Shown: in pieces, positions 13,021-27,370 of the stretch
How positions within the stretch are numbered: position 1 is the first letter of the stretch
Layout: the number at the start of each line of letters is the position of its first letter
Assembly: GCA_015680685.1 (NCBI GenBank)
Contig: MNCI01002198.1
Location: 217,775-281,774, forward strand
DNA length: 64,000 nucleotides
From: Gnetum montanum
Taxonomy: Eukaryota > Plantae > Gnetophyta
Direction of reading: 5' to 3'
Made by a program: the position numbers and the translations under genes
The notes under the pieces: model-generated
Databases searched by the model: none
Told to the model about the DNA's origin: nothing
The model's input: only the letters and a program-made list of their open reading frames with translations

Positions 13021-16000
13021 TATATCATATATTTCAAATATATGATTTTCAAAAACCAAATTCAAATGGACGCTATGAAGGTAAAGGCTGATAGAAATTA
13101 ACCAACTTCTAAGAATGTTGAGGAAGGTAAGAATGTTTCTTAGTTTAGCAAGTTTTTATAGATGGTTCATAAAAAATGTTAGGGATATTTTGTGGTCTAT
13201 GTTTGCTTTGTTGAAGAAAAATAAAGATTTTAAGAGGGATAATGAAACCCATGGGAGCTTTAACTTGTTGAAAGTAAAGATTACCAATGAATTGATGCTT
13301 AGAATTTCAAATTTTTAGAAGCTTTTTTAGGTGTATGTGGATGTAAGTGAACTTGCCATTGGTGGGATACATTCATAAGAAGGTTGGCTTGTGGCTTTCT
13401 TTTCTAAAAATTTTAATGAGTTAAGAGAAAAATATAGCATATATGAGAAGTAGTTGTACAATATTCTTCAAGTAATCAAGCATTGGAGGCATTATTTGTT
13501 GCCCAAGTAGTTTAACTTGACGATGGATGAAAAAACACTTAAATTTATAAACTTAAGAAAGGACTTAAGTGTAAAGCATATGAAGTGGGTTGCATAGTTA
13601 CAAGAGTTTAATTTTCTTTTGAAGCAAAAAAGTGGAAAAGCCAATGTGGTGGCTGATGTGTTATCAAGGGTGCATGTGGTTAGTTTCAATGTACCTTATG
13701 TAAAAGGTACAAATGATTTTTCTTCTTTTTATGAGAATGATATTGATTTTGGGTAGGTTTGAAGGAGCCTCAAAGATCCATTCATAAGTCGGATAGGCTA
13801 GTGTAGGAACGATCATATTCAAGATAAACTATTATTTAAAAATGGAAAAGTATGTATTTCTAATTATGGTTTTATGAAAAATATTTTGTTTGAAAAGAAT
13901 TGTAGTAGCATGGCAAGTCACATGGGTAGGGATAAAACATTAGAACTTATGGGTAGGTACTATTTTTGGTCTAGTATGGCAATTGAAGGTTTGAAATTTG
14001 TGAAGGAGTGTTTGACTTGTGAATGGACATTGTATACTTTTGCAAATTCCCAAGGATCCATGGGAAAGTATGTCTATGGATTTTGTGAGTGGTATTCCAA
14101 AACAAAATGTGGGAATGGTGTAATTTTAATTATTGTTGATAAGTTCTTCAAGATGACACACTTTATTCTATGCAAGAAGGTGAATGATGCTTCTCATGTT
14201 GCAAATTTGTTTTCCTAGCATTTTGTGAAGTTGCATGGAATTTTTTTGAATATTGTTCGTAAGAGACTCCAAATTCACAATTTACTTTTAGAGGTTTCTT
14301 TTGAAAATTTTAGGGAAAATTTGAATTTTTCTAGTGCATATCATCTACAATCTAATGGTTGAGGTGGTGAATAAATCCTTAATAAAAATATTAAGATGTT
14401 TGTATGATAGATAGTTAAATAGATGGAAAACCTTGTTGTGTCATGCTGAGTTTTCATACAATAATGCTTTTCATGCTAGTATTGGAAAAAGCCCATTTGA
14501 GGTAAACTATGAGTTTTGTCCAAAGATGATTGACACTTTGAAGAGCTTTAATGGGGTACCTCCAGTTAGTGCTAATTTTGTGTAAGAGATGAGGGATCTC
14601 CATGCATAAGGAATATTGAGGAGAAGAAGGATAAATATAGAGTTCTTAAAAGGAATGAGGAAAAATAGAAGTCTACTTTTGTTATTGATGATTTGGTTTG
14701 GATGCACTTGAAGAAGAAGTAGTTGAAAGGTGTTAACTTCTCTAAGTTGAAAGCCAACAAGATGGGACCTTTCAAAATCAAGCCTAAAATCAACAATAGT
14801 ACTTTTGAGATTGATTTACCAAATGATGTTGATATGTATTTTTTATTTAATATTTTAGATCTTGTATACTATCATGGAATAGTTGATAAGGAGACCATAT
14901 AGGGTATGATCGATGAGTTGAAAGGGACTATTGATTGGTCTAAGTTTTCAATGGAGAGGAAGGTAATTGTACTCAAGAAGAGAAAATATTCTAGCACTTG
15001 AGGAGTCAAGAGGCATGAATATTTGATCCACTGGAAGGATCAATCCATGAATGATGTTGTATGAGTCCATTAGACTAATATTCATGAAGGGGAGATCACT
15101 TCAATCCCTAGTTCCTTGTTCACATGAGTTCACTTTTTGAAGGATGGGAGAGCTAGAGTAGGGACATCTCTTTCAATCCTATTGTTTTTTCCTGTGTGTA
15201 TGTTGTGCAAGTTTTAGGCTCTATGGAGACATCTTAGAGGTCAACTAGATGTCTTGTCTAGGAGTTGAAATTATGCAGGAGATGTCTTAACTTCAAAGAA
15301 GATGTCTTAGTCGAATGTGAAACTTCTTAGAGAAGATGTCTTACTCTTAGAGGAGATTTCTTAGAAAAGATGTCTCATCAAACTAGAAGACATCTTAAGG
15401 AAGATGTCTTATCAAACTAAGAGATGTCTTGCAAAGAAGAAGACACCTTGGCCAAGGAGGAGACATCTTCCAACAAGAATAGATGTCTTCTTTGAAAGCT
15501 AGTTTTTGATAAGAGACATCTTTTGAAGGCCAGAGATGACTTGTACAGTTAGGAAAGCTTCCAAAATTAGCCATCCTAATTCAAGAAATAGCCAAGGTAA
15601 GTTGGAAAGTGATGAAAAAAATTGGAGAAAAGGTGAGAAGATCATGGAAACAACTGAAAAGTGTTAAGTTGAGTTAAGGAAGGGTTTTAGGTTTCTTATC
15701 TTCCTATTATCCATAAATATTGATGTAATTCATAATTTTTGGTATCATAAGTAAGAAAGAGAGCTCTTCAGTGTGGAGATCTTAGTAAGAGAGTGTGTGA
15801 GAGCACATTAAGTGCAATTGGTGAATGTAGCTCCAAGATCAATTGTGTGGTGTATTAGCTTATGTACTCTATTCTCTTATCTCACTTGTGAGTTAAGATC
15901 TTAGTCTTGGGTTATGACAAAGATTTTCTATTGGTTATGTCTTGCATTAAGAAAAACCATTATGGGATTGTAGAGTCTCATGCTTTACAATATTTTTTGA

Positions 16001-16175
16001 GTGTGAAAGGTTTTGGATGTTGTTGATATTGGAAACCATGTTATAATTTTCTAATTAATTAATTAAAGATGGGTATTTTTCCTTTTTTTTTTAGAAAATT
16101 AATTATATTTTCATAATATCTAGATTTAGTGTTTGAAGATGATTAATTAGTGCAGTGAACCTGCTCCAAGCATCA
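13021..16175 (+). mobile_element. 3' half of a decayed Ty3/Gypsy chromovirus (RT end, RNase H, integrase, chromodomain, PPT, 3' LTR)
   Basis: 'FLSLASFYRWFIKN' (13115-13318), integrase 'HMGRDKTLELMGRYYFW...IVDKFFKMTHFI' (13874-14218), chromodomain-like 'HEYLIHWKDQ' near 15015-15045, PPT gaaggatgggagag, LTR at about 15154-16175. Homologous to the element at 30531-36260. Confidence 0.9.
15154..16175 (+). repeat. 3' LTR of the chromovirus
   Basis: Follows the PPT, aligns with the reverse complement of 35287-36260 and ends gcatca. Confidence 0.75.
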
Positions 16176-18107
16176 AGCACCTTTCTTATCTTAGGATCAT
16201 TCATAGGTAAGAAATTTTTCAAATTGAAGGTAATCTTACTTTTCAATTCTAGTTTTCCCTATAATAGCCCTATCCATGACATCACGAAGACTTCATTTAC
16301 ATTCAAGGGGACTTCAAAATTGAGTTTTTTCTCTAGATTCGTCTTAAGAACACTCTTTTCTTGTGATTTTCCTACATATTTAGGATTGCAGTACTTTTGA
16401 AAATAGATTTAGATCTCAAAATTATAGTTACTCCAAGCTCTAATTTTTTTGAAAATGCTTGCTTAATTTACTCAAATTAAAATATTTACCTCTTTAGTTG
16501 TCCTTAATCATTTAAATTTATATAATTTTAATAGCAAGTGATGACAAACATTTAAGTATTTACATAATTATGATCATATGAGAATTAATGACTTGAGTTG
16601 GCTTAAAATCATATTTTATTCAATTTCAAGGATAAAAATATTTTATTAGGTAGCAAAGCCACTTAATTCTCTTATTTTGATATCACTTTTATATAACTTA
16701 TCAAGAGTTTAGAAGGCTTGTTCTATAGGGTTTATTTCTTGGATTTTTATTTCATTTTGGTTTGGGATAATCATAATGGATTCCTAGTAGAGGGAATTAA
16801 TCATGTGTTTTATTATGCTTAACATATCCTCCTCCAATGTTACCAAATTTATTTCCATAACATCCTTCTTTGTTTCTTTCTTGAGTTAGGTGTTCCTATA
16901 TTACATCCACTTTATCTTTAATTCATAACACCACATAGGTTAAATACTTTATCCAATGTTCCTATAGAAGATGTATATTATAGCTACTAGTATGTCTTGT
17001 TGTTGTATTTGAAGGCTGAAGAACATATTCCATCATATATTATAACACTTTAAGTTTCTTATGCATGGTCTCCATTATCCTATGAGTAACATAATTATGC
17101 TTCCTCTCATTCTTTTAGTTTCTTATTCTTGCCCCCATATTATTCATTTCCTTCATCTTACTCTTATAGTTTCTTTAGATAATTTTGAACTGTCACATCT
17201 CTTTCATCTTTCTTCAATTACTACATCAACAACCATTCTATTTCCTTCTTCTATACTTGTTAGTCATTAACTTCTTTGTGGAACATATCATGTCCTTAAT
17301 CAAATTATAGAGCTTTGATACCATGTTAGAGATAGGTATGTTTTTATGCTCTTATCCAACTTTAATGTATTAGGATTGATTTTCTAAGTATTATAATGAG
17401 ATTTCTAACATAAACTTAACATTCTTATCGCATTCATATTTCTCTAATTTGTAACTTACGATGTGTCACAAATTTCTTCATTTTAATAGTTGTAAATAAG
17501 TTATATTATATTATGAGAATTTTTGTTCTAACTTATTATAGTCAAAGTTTCATTCTTAACTAAGTTCTTAATAAACCCAACTTCACATTATTTATTATAC
17601 TTCATTAAGTTCCTACTATACTTCATGGACTTCTATTATGACTAACTTAGCTTCACTATGCTTATAGATTAGATCTCATAAGTCTTTTTTATTGTAATCT
17701 TCTAGAAGTCTTTCTCTTCTTATTTAAGAAATAAGATGTAGGATTGCAATAATCTCCCTTATCTCCTACAATACCGACTCATCGGTTTTGATGAATAGAA
17801 TTGACTACTACTAATTCATCTTAGTATTCATAAGTTGCAAAGCTAAGGAATTAATTTTATGAAAGTTACTATGAACTTCCTCTTATGAACACTAATTATT
17901 CTAAGACTTTATTTCTTTTTTAAGTTTATTATACTTCTTGTATTATTTGTAGTCCATTTTTCTTCTACTTCTTTCTCAATTCCTTAATTTTGGAATTGAG
18001 ATTTACCTTTATATTTAATCAAGACTTATGATTGTTCTTGGGATTCATCATATAGTTGCAAAATAAAGTTGTTACGAATTATTTCACTTGTTTTTTATAT
18101 TGTATAT
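16176..18107 (-). mobile_element. Highly decayed LTR retrotransposon: 5' internal region, PBS (17311-17323) and LTR from 17324, interrupted at 18108 and probably resuming at 24815-24860
   Basis: Minus-strand tggtatcaaagct directly follows ...tctaaca. The LTR-like sequence resembles about 39300-41450. Confidence 0.55.
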
Positions 18108-19009
18108 TAATGAGCAATGGGTATCCCCTATGCCCAACCATACGAACCACAAGTGTTCATGTGTCATTCGGTCAAATTCCATGGGTGGAACTAGTATGAT
18201 ATCTAGATTGTTAAGCACTGATCGTAGGTCGCTATCTTCTCACTTGGACTAGTAGTAGCTTTGTCATGCATGGCTTAGTCCAAAGTGAGACATATGATTA
18301 TTGATGTTGTTGTGAACCTTAAAATAACTAAATAATAATACATAAATTAATTATTTAATTTTAATTGATAATAAAATTAAATTCTAAACTATCCTAAGGA
18401 TGATGAGTATCAATTTCCATCTTGCTATACATGTTTTGAACTCATGTATCAACTATTGGGATTACCAAGTGCTATGATATTGGGCAAACCAAGCAATAAT
18501 GCTACTAGGATTACTAAGCGAATACATGTTTATACTTGAAACTAGTCACACTCATTCTACCAATTGATTACATTCATGGAAATGTAAATATTAACTAAGT
18601 ACATAGAAAGTAAATTACATTAAAAGAAAATCTATTCTAAGTCAAAGTATTGCAATGAATATGAATCAATCTTTATCTCATTGTCATTCATGGAGTGTGT
18701 GCAGGTACAATGTCACTCAAATAAGTTGTTGCATAATTGACTTAAATCCATAGTGTAGGTATTCATTGACTATTTGCTAAGATTACAAGGAAAAACTGCA
18801 AGAGTCTAGCTATCCTATTATTGAATGGTTCCAAATACATGGGAGGTGCTCACATATTTATAGATTTTAGCCAACAAAGCATTGATGCATATATACCAAT
18901 GCATCTAAGATGCATTGATGGGGATGCACTAATGCATCTAAGATGCATTGATGAGGCTTCATTGATAAGGGTGCATCAACAAAGTTACTTGACAGATGGT
19001 GTTTCATCA
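18108..19009 (-). repeat. 3' LTR
   Basis: Colinear direct repeat of 23914-24814. Confidence 0.9.
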
Positions 19010-22000
19010 TATTCCCACAACTGATGAAAAACTCATCCTTGAGTTATATATAAATGGATGACATCCATTACAAAAATTGTAAGGTGACCAAGACTAGATG
19101 AGTATGCATTACCAAACTTGAGTGCCAGATTACAAAATTTTATTTGAGTGGATACATTACAAAATGACAAAGAGATTAGATAAATATCAAAGTTTATAAA
19201 ATTTCATAAGTCTTTAAAAACTTGCTAATGATGAATCTTCATGTTGTTCCTAGGGGTGGCAGTTTTTTAAACCTTGGTTATTATGTTGGCGCTTCTCTTT
19301 TATGTAGAACATTTTGACGTATGGACTAAAATTTCTCCTCATCAACCCATGGGTTTCTAGCTAGTGAACATGCAATGTTTGAGTTTTAATTCTTGTTTAT
19401 GCTACTTGTCCATGGGCATGTCCTCCTCTTAGCCTCTTTTCCTTTCCTTGCAAAAGATCTTTAAGCTTAGGCATTTCTTTTGGAATCTTCTGCAATCATC
19501 GAAGAATCTATGTTAGTTTTGTTCATTTTTTCTTTAATGATTAACTATTTTTGAATCCTTGGTTAGCTAAAACTTAAAAATAATTCAGCATTTAGGCTTA
19601 AGGTGATTACAAAATACTATTCCTAAGGCTATGAGATAACTAAACTCATCATGTTATTTAAGTTATTTTGATTATTTTTATTATTAATTACCAAAGGTTT
19701 GGTTGATAAGATGGCCAAGAAATATTGAATTTGGAGGATAGTTTAATATAAAAGCATTAAAAATCAATAGATATTGATGAGAAGTAGTCTTAAAATCATG
19801 ATATCCTTGAAGATGTATGGTTTGGTTTAGAGCCATGATCAATAAAAGTCATGCAAGTGGATCCTTCCCAAAGTAGGCTCTTGCCATAATGTCCTTGCAT
19901 AACCACTTCTATAGATGTCCATGGACATCTTAGAAGTTAAATGTAGATCATGAATTTATCTAATAGCACACAACTATCCTGGTTAGGATTCTTCACAATA
20001 CTATACAAAATCATTAGGCTCATAAGAACATGCAGTAGTTAGGTGAATAGTGGGATGAAAAGGAATTACAGAGATTGGGATGTAAGTTAATTAACCATGT
20101 CCACAATAGGTTCTTATGTTAATTGTGATTAATATGACCATCACACATATTTGTCCAAGTTTCAACCAATTCCATACCATTAATAGTGGTCTTACATTGA
20201 TGTGTCCCTTCTTGCCTATGATCATGAATTCAAAAAAACCATAGAGAATGAGCAACACTCCAAAAATAGAAGAAGGGAGAAAGAGCTTTAGTTAGAGGGG
20301 TAGCTTCAGGCATGGGTAACATGTCTTTTTAGCCCCATAACTAGTGCTTGTATCCATTTATTGTGTCTAAGGGGTGTGATTTAAATTTTCATGTTTTTTT
20401 TGTTTTTTTGAATCATGAGGAACTACATCATGTAAAGACATGCTTTCTATTTATTGGTCAATGATTAGGAGTGATGGTACATTCTTGTAGAAGTCATAAA
20501 TCACAAGAAGGAAGTCAAGAAGAGAATCTAACAAATCCCCTTGAGGTCACATCCTTTGTCATTCCCACTTGGTCTTTTCCTCTTTCTTTAAGGCATAATG
20601 ATTAGTAATTAATTTTAGTTTCATGTGAGAAGAACCATATTGTTTTCATGATAAATTTTTTTTTTAGTAAAACTAGAGGAATGGATGATGTGGTCTCACT
20701 ACATTACATAATTATTTACCTAACCATCTTGATAGCATAGGACAAAGATCCAACACATGGTGTTGACTTCTGCATCATCATTGGCAATATCATTATTAAC
20801 AAAAAAACATTGTAATCATTCATAAAATTTAAAAGAAATAACCCCAAAAAAGAGAAAACTATAAAGAAAAGAAAAAAAAGGAAGAAATAGAAAACATATT
20901 AAGAATTGAAAAATTTTGAAGAAATAAAAAAATGATAAAAAATTATAAAACAAAAAGTGAAAATGCACTTATTAGTTCTTGATTCAAGATGGAGCATCTC
21001 CCCCACAACTAAACTCATGGGTAAGTATTCAGAAAATGGATTGCACATTTCCTTGGTTATGCACAATAAGTTTTCCATTTATTATCTTTAGTGATTTGAG
21101 TTTTCATTGGTTAGCATGTTTAACATTGATGATAATAAGATTTTAGTCATCTAGAGACATATATTTAGTTGGACTAGAAGATGTTATCTTGTTAGATGAT
21201 CTAGATATGTTTTCTTTTTAATTTTTGATTTTGGTTCTTAGGTCTTGATGCTTAACAATTTCTTCTGGTGTATAGTCAAAGTGTAAGATGTCCTTTTCTA
21301 AGTTCTCTATTTGGTTCATTTTCTTAGGACTAGAACTAATAAGTAGGTTGGATATTTCCTTGCATCTTTTGAATGGTTTGGTATTCTCATTTTCTAGCCA
21401 TTAGGTGTCTTTTGGTTTAGTAGCTATTGTGTAGACATAGTTTTGCACAAACACTTATTCCTTAATTTTGTTGTGAGTTGGTATAGGGATCATGTTAATA
21501 CTTTGAAGTTTTGGCCCATAAATACTTCCTTTATCATTATTAGTGATGCATGGAATTTTCTATCTCTTCACAGTGATAGGTTCATCTTTTATGTTTTGTG
21601 TTGGACTGGTGATAGCTGTTGGCTTTTGCACAAGATTAGAAGACATTGTTTTAGGGAGGAAGGAGGTTACACTAGTTTGTTCTTATGCTAGTTCTAATGA
21701 GCTAGTAGGTATACTAGTTTTATTTACTTGTGTGGAAACTATTTTAAAGAAAGGACATTTCTAAGACCTTTGCTAAGATCTACTAACATTATCATTCACT
21801 TGTATGTTCATGACACAAGTGACATTCTTTTGTTGAGGTTGTGGTGCCAATCCTTCTTGCATTGTTGGTGGCGATGTATGCTAGAGGGAAGTATGAGAGT
21901 ATTGAGTATGTGATAGATAACGAAAGACATGGGATGGTGATCTTACAAGAGATGTTCCAAGTTGATGGTATTCAAGAGGGTAGTAGTAGTATGTTGAGGT

Positions 22001-23913
22001 ACGAGAAATAGAACCATTCAGAGAAATAGGATGTTGAACATAATATCCATAAGGGCTCGATTAGTAATAGGAATATTGCTTATTTCTTCATGGCATCCCC
22101 CATGACTATGGGTTTTGTCATTGTTGATAGTACTCTTAAGGTTGAGAGGAGTCCTTCTTGGATAATGTTGTTCGTTGTAGGACTATCTATAATTATCTTG
22201 TGGATAGGGCTATCTCCTGGTCATTTGCTTTTCCACAAACTTGAGATTCAAAGAGAAATCCCTAGACTCTTTTAGATATAACATAATTGGGCAATAGTCC
22301 TTTGGATGTTCATATTGATATATGTTACATCCATCTTCCACCTTTAAATTTGAGTTTGCAACCTCTTCTACTATGACTATTTTTCCTTTTTGCCAATAAT
22401 TATTCTTGCCTGTTTCCTTATTCTTTTTGCTCTTCTTGTCTTGATTAATGTATCCTACTTTACCTTCTCCTCAATGATTTTCAAGTTGGTTGTAATTTTT
22501 TCTTCCATCAATTCTCACATCTTATCTATCCTTGCTTCAATTTCCATGATAGATTCTTATATTGGCAATGTTTTGTGTGAAATCAACTCATCAAGAGCTG
22601 CCTCTTTTTCCTGATGATAAATATGGTCCTCCCTTTTGTGAAAAGTTGGGTCCTAGTTATATTCCTCTACACTTTCCCTTTTGCATAGCTCTTCTTCTAC
22701 TTTTGCCACCTATTCAATTAGCCTTTGATTTGATGGATTGTCAAGTTAAATAATTTTCCTTAGGCATAGATCCCAAGGGTCTCCCATGTTTTGTTACAAA
22801 GCCTATTTATGATGTGAAAAAGCTACTCTTTTTGAGAAAATCCATGGCATGGACATCTATGCAATAGAGAATAGTATCTACCCAAGGTTGCATCAATGGA
22901 TTTATGATTCTCTTGCTTCCATCATTGAATTTTTTTCTTAGATTAGATACTCATGAATAAGTTTGGCATTTTTCATTGAAGAGCTCAAGAATTATGAACC
23001 ACTATTGGATTAAATTTGGTTCCAACTATCTATACCAACTTTTAGATTATTCTATTAGTGTCTTAGGAAAGAGGTTAAACTTTTGCCACTTACTTTCAAT
23101 GTTTTGTAACCTGCAAGCATTCTTGAAGGCTTGTTAATGATGTTGTGAATTAGAATTATAGCCTCCCTTAAATTTAGAAATATTATTCATATTAAGCCAT
23201 TTGATGCAGCTTTCCCTATGATGCCTATGAGATATTTGAACTACCTCCCTAATTTGTATCATGTTCCTAGTAGCCAATAAGGATTCATCATCATCAGACA
23301 TGTCATGGTCATAATCTCTATTTCTATTTGTTTGATAGTGATGGTCTTGTCTATGATTACCTTGATGTCTTTCATCTTGTCTTTAATCTCTATTTCTATC
23401 TTCATCTTGACCTCTGAGTGTATCTCTATCTTCATACCTATGTTCATCTTTGTCAGAACTAGACAATGAAGAGGAAGAGGAAGATGGTGAACCGGAAGAA
23501 TCACCATGGCTCCTATATCTCTCCCTGTGGTCCCTTGATTTATCTCTTCTAGATTTAGAGGAGGTCTTAGGCCTTGATACCCTCCTTGTTCAAGGACTTA
23601 CTCCATCCTCTCTAGGATTACCTCCATCAGTAACATAGTCTTTTAATGTAGAAAGGGTCTAAATGAGCATATGAGACCCCCACTTGTAGTGGTTCACTCC
23701 AATTCTCTTCAGTATAGATCATGTCATTTCTCCTACTAGTGTCCTCATCATGTAATGGATTATTGGCCCTATGTGAAGAAGACATGTTTTCAATTAATAA
23801 TGTATGTCTTAAAATATTAATATTTTTTAAAAGTAAACTGTTAAGGATTTACAACGATCGTTTATAATATAACCAATCTAGATTACTAGCACCATCCCTA
23901 GCAACGATTCTAA

Positions 23914-24814
23914 TGATGAGTAGTGGGTATCTCCTACGCCCAACCATATGAATCACAAGCGTTCATATGCAATTTAGTTGAATTCTATGGATGGAACTAG
24001 TGTGGTATCTAGATTATTAAGCATTGATCATAGGTCGCTTTTTCACATATGGTTTAGTTCAAAGTGAGGCATATGATTATTGATGTTGTTGTGGGCTTTA
24101 AACTAACTAAATAATAATATATAAATTAATTATTTAATCTAATTAATAATAAAATTAAATCCTAAACTATCCTAAGGGTGATGAGTGTTTGTTTCCAACT
24201 TTTTGTACACATCCTAAACTCATGCATCCATCATGGGGACTACTAAGTGTTATGCTACTGGATGAACCAAGTAATAATGCTACTAGAATTACCAAGCCAA
24301 TACATGCTTACACTTGAAATTGGTCAGGCTCATTCCACCGATTGATTAACGTGCATGGAAATGTAAATATTAACAAAGTACATAAAAAGTAAATTGTATT
24401 GAAAGTAAATCTATTCTAAGTCAAACTGCTATAATGAATATGAATCAATGTTGATCTTATTGCTATTCATGAAATGTGTATAGGTACAATGCCACTTGAA
24501 TATGACACTATACAACTGACTCAAATTCACACTGCAGGCAGTCATTAATTGTTTGCTAAGATTATAGGAGAAAACTACACGAGTTTAGCTACACTATTGA
24601 TCAAATGGTGCCAAATACATGGTAGGTGCTCACATAATTATAGATTTTAGATGATAGAGCATTAATGCATATGTGCCAAGGAATCTAAGATGTGTTGATA
24701 GGGATGACTCAACGCATCCTCATCAACACATGCACCAACGCATCTAAGATACTTGACAAGGATGTGTCAACGAGCCTTTGTCGATAAAATTACCCAATAG
24801 ATGGTGTTTCATCA
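23914..24814 (-). repeat. 5' LTR
   Basis: tgatgag...ttcatca termini with a PBS on its left side. Confidence 0.9.
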
Positions 24815-26129
24815 CTTATAAAAGTCATGATTAGGCTTATGTCTTATTATAGGATCAACAATTTTTTCAATTTTCATAGCATTTTGAGTTCTAATGTACT
24901 CACCACCCTCTAAGATCTATGATCCTTATGTAGTCATTGTTCTAGACTCCGATGCTCATTATTTTGGGATGATATGATAATTGATGCAATTTATTAATAA
25001 TTGATATTAATGTTTAATTAATGCTAAGTAATTATTGTTGTGTGATAATAATGTGTTAACATAGTGCAATAATCCATATGTTTAACACTCTAGCTTTATG
25101 GTCCTTGTCATTGAATCCATTAGGGAGTAAGAGTAATTTATTTTCCTTAATTAGTCTTACTGACTAATGTTTCTCTCTTGTTTTTTAGGTGTAGCTAGGG
25201 CTAATGGAGTTAATAAATCAATTTCAACACTATACCTACTACTACTTGTGTTATGGTTGGTAAGTTAGTATATTTAGTTGGTATATTGTGTACTTGTCTA
25301 TCTTCGATGTAGGTCATGGCTATTTAATTTTTCATGTTGGTTTAGTTATTTTTTTAAGATTAAGATACATATAATAGGATTGAATGGTTATTTCTTTTTA
25401 GTCGAGATGCCAATTACTAGCCCTGTTCAAGACAATCCTCTTTTTTCATTGTAAAATAATTTTATTATTGTAATAGTGAGGGGTAGCTTTCTTGGTTACA
25501 ATTTTTTTTGTTGAAGTTTACCATAGTAAATAAATAATTGTTGTCACAACATCTAAATAAGAGATGACCTTTTTGACTACAATTATTATTTGTGATAGTC
25601 TAACTACTTTGTAACATGGACTTTGTACTTGAAACATCAATTCTAAGTGAATAAATTTGAGATTTTTTAATTTGAAAAAAATTCTTTTAGCCAAACACTA
25701 TAGGTATATATATATAACATAAATATATAACTAAACTAGTAGTTAAGTAAACTAGATATTATTTTTGAACAAACTAGCATTGCTTATTTCTTTTGATACA
25801 AATACCTCACTATTTAGTATTCTTATTGCTACGCTACATTACTAGCTATGCATTTCCAATTATGATGTCTTTCATGTGCCATAGAATTGAATACTCTAGA
25901 ATTGTTTAATTACCCACAATGATGGTAGATAGACTAAGTTTGTACCCATGAGCTGTTGTTATTGTTTATACATTAGTTTTATTTTATTTTCCTATTGAAA
26001 TTGCTTGCACAAGGGATTTTCTATTATTTTGTACTACTAGAATTTTATTCTCTTATGCCATTATTTAAACTCTTCCTATTTATCTTTCTATAATTTTTAT
26101 TTTCTCTTAGTACTTGTTTTAATACAATA

Positions 26130-27370
26130 CCATATAAGCCTAAGTCTAGGTTAGGAGATGTTACAAGGTCAATCATGTATACAAATTTTAATCTTTATAA
26201 ATGATGTAGTACTTATTGCAAATTTTGAAATATGGTGAAAATCAATGTTGCATCAACTATAAAAACTCTTTAAATGTACAAAACTGAATATGAATATTAA
26301 TCAAATGAAAGTGCTAATTTGTAGAACTAATAAGAGAGATTATAGTGTTCAACTAAATAGTAAAAAACTTGAGATTGTGAAGAAATATAGATATTTGGGA
26401 GTATAATGCTCTTAAAATTATAAGTAAAAGATCTATATATTATACCAGGTTTCAAATATTCAAAAGGCTTTATATACAATAAAGAATAGATATAGCAATC
26501 ATAATATTTGAACTTAGATAATTTAAAAATATTTTTTTCAAACAATTATATAAGCTACAATATTTTATAGATCTATAGTGTGCAACACAAGTCTTGATGA
26601 GAAACCATGAAATAAAACTAACAAACTTCAAAAACATTTTTTGTTCCATGAATTCAAGATGAAAGATCAAGATGCATACACAATACTTTTAGAGCCTAAT
26701 TCATTGCCATTGAAAGTTAAAATAATTTATCAGTTATTAACATTCTACTTAAATAATAAAAATATTAATACAATCTTAGAAGAAAATATCTAAAATTCTC
26801 AATAAAGTTACTACCATGAAAGAAGATGGTGACTAAAAAAATTGGGCATTGAAAATATTGATGCATTAATAAATTTACAAGAAGCTTGGAAACTTATTAC
26901 AGAGAAAATTTTCCAGAAATGATAAAATGACACATAAATATAAAAAAAAGCTTCAATTCTACTTGCAAAACAACATTAATGATGGTAGGCATGATGAAGC
27001 AATATATCTATATACAAAAATTCTAATCTCCATGAGAGCACTAATCAACAAAGTAAGAATAGAATCATACCATCTCCAAGTTGAGATTGGAAGATGGAAG
27101 AATACGAAACATGTATTATTAGAATGATATCAAATAAATTTCTTTACAAGAAAATAATAAATCTCTAGCCAATATTTATAGAAACTATTCATGTTTCTAG
27201 TGTTAGTTCTTGGGAAATATGTAAAAGAAGTGTTCAAGTTACATGAATATTAGATACCTTTGTCGTACTTAGCATTTACGGCTACGAAGGTATTCTCTAT
27301 AAGTTAATTTATCTTATAGATCCATTGGGTTAATATACATGTAATAAAATCTTAGTTTAGTTTCTATTTC
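26130..27370 (+). mobile_element. 5'-truncated, decayed non-LTR retrotransposon (LINE): RT C-terminal half
   Basis: 'LIFINDVVLIA' (decayed FADD, about 26190-26220), 'LEIVKKYRYLGV' (about 26368-26403), 'RALINKVRIESYHLQVEIGRWK' (about 27035-27100), and aataaa plus short tagtt repeats near 27342-27362. Confidence 0.72.

Larger units (their letters stand above)
18108..24814 (-). mobile_element. Two-LTR, gag-only non-autonomous Athila-like element
   Basis: Direct repeats 18108-19009 and 23914-24814, both ending gatggtgtttcatca. Decayed tRNA-Asp-type PBS at about 23893-23912 and PPT-like gttgtgggaata next to 19009. The gag at about 22100-23785 is colinear with 2700-3860 and shares the MSSSHR start. 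No RT, RH or INT motifs were seen. Confidence 0.87.

Noticed and set aside
18103-18107. TSD for the 18108-24814 element
   Set aside because: tatat versus cttat matches only 3/5, which is too decayed to claim.
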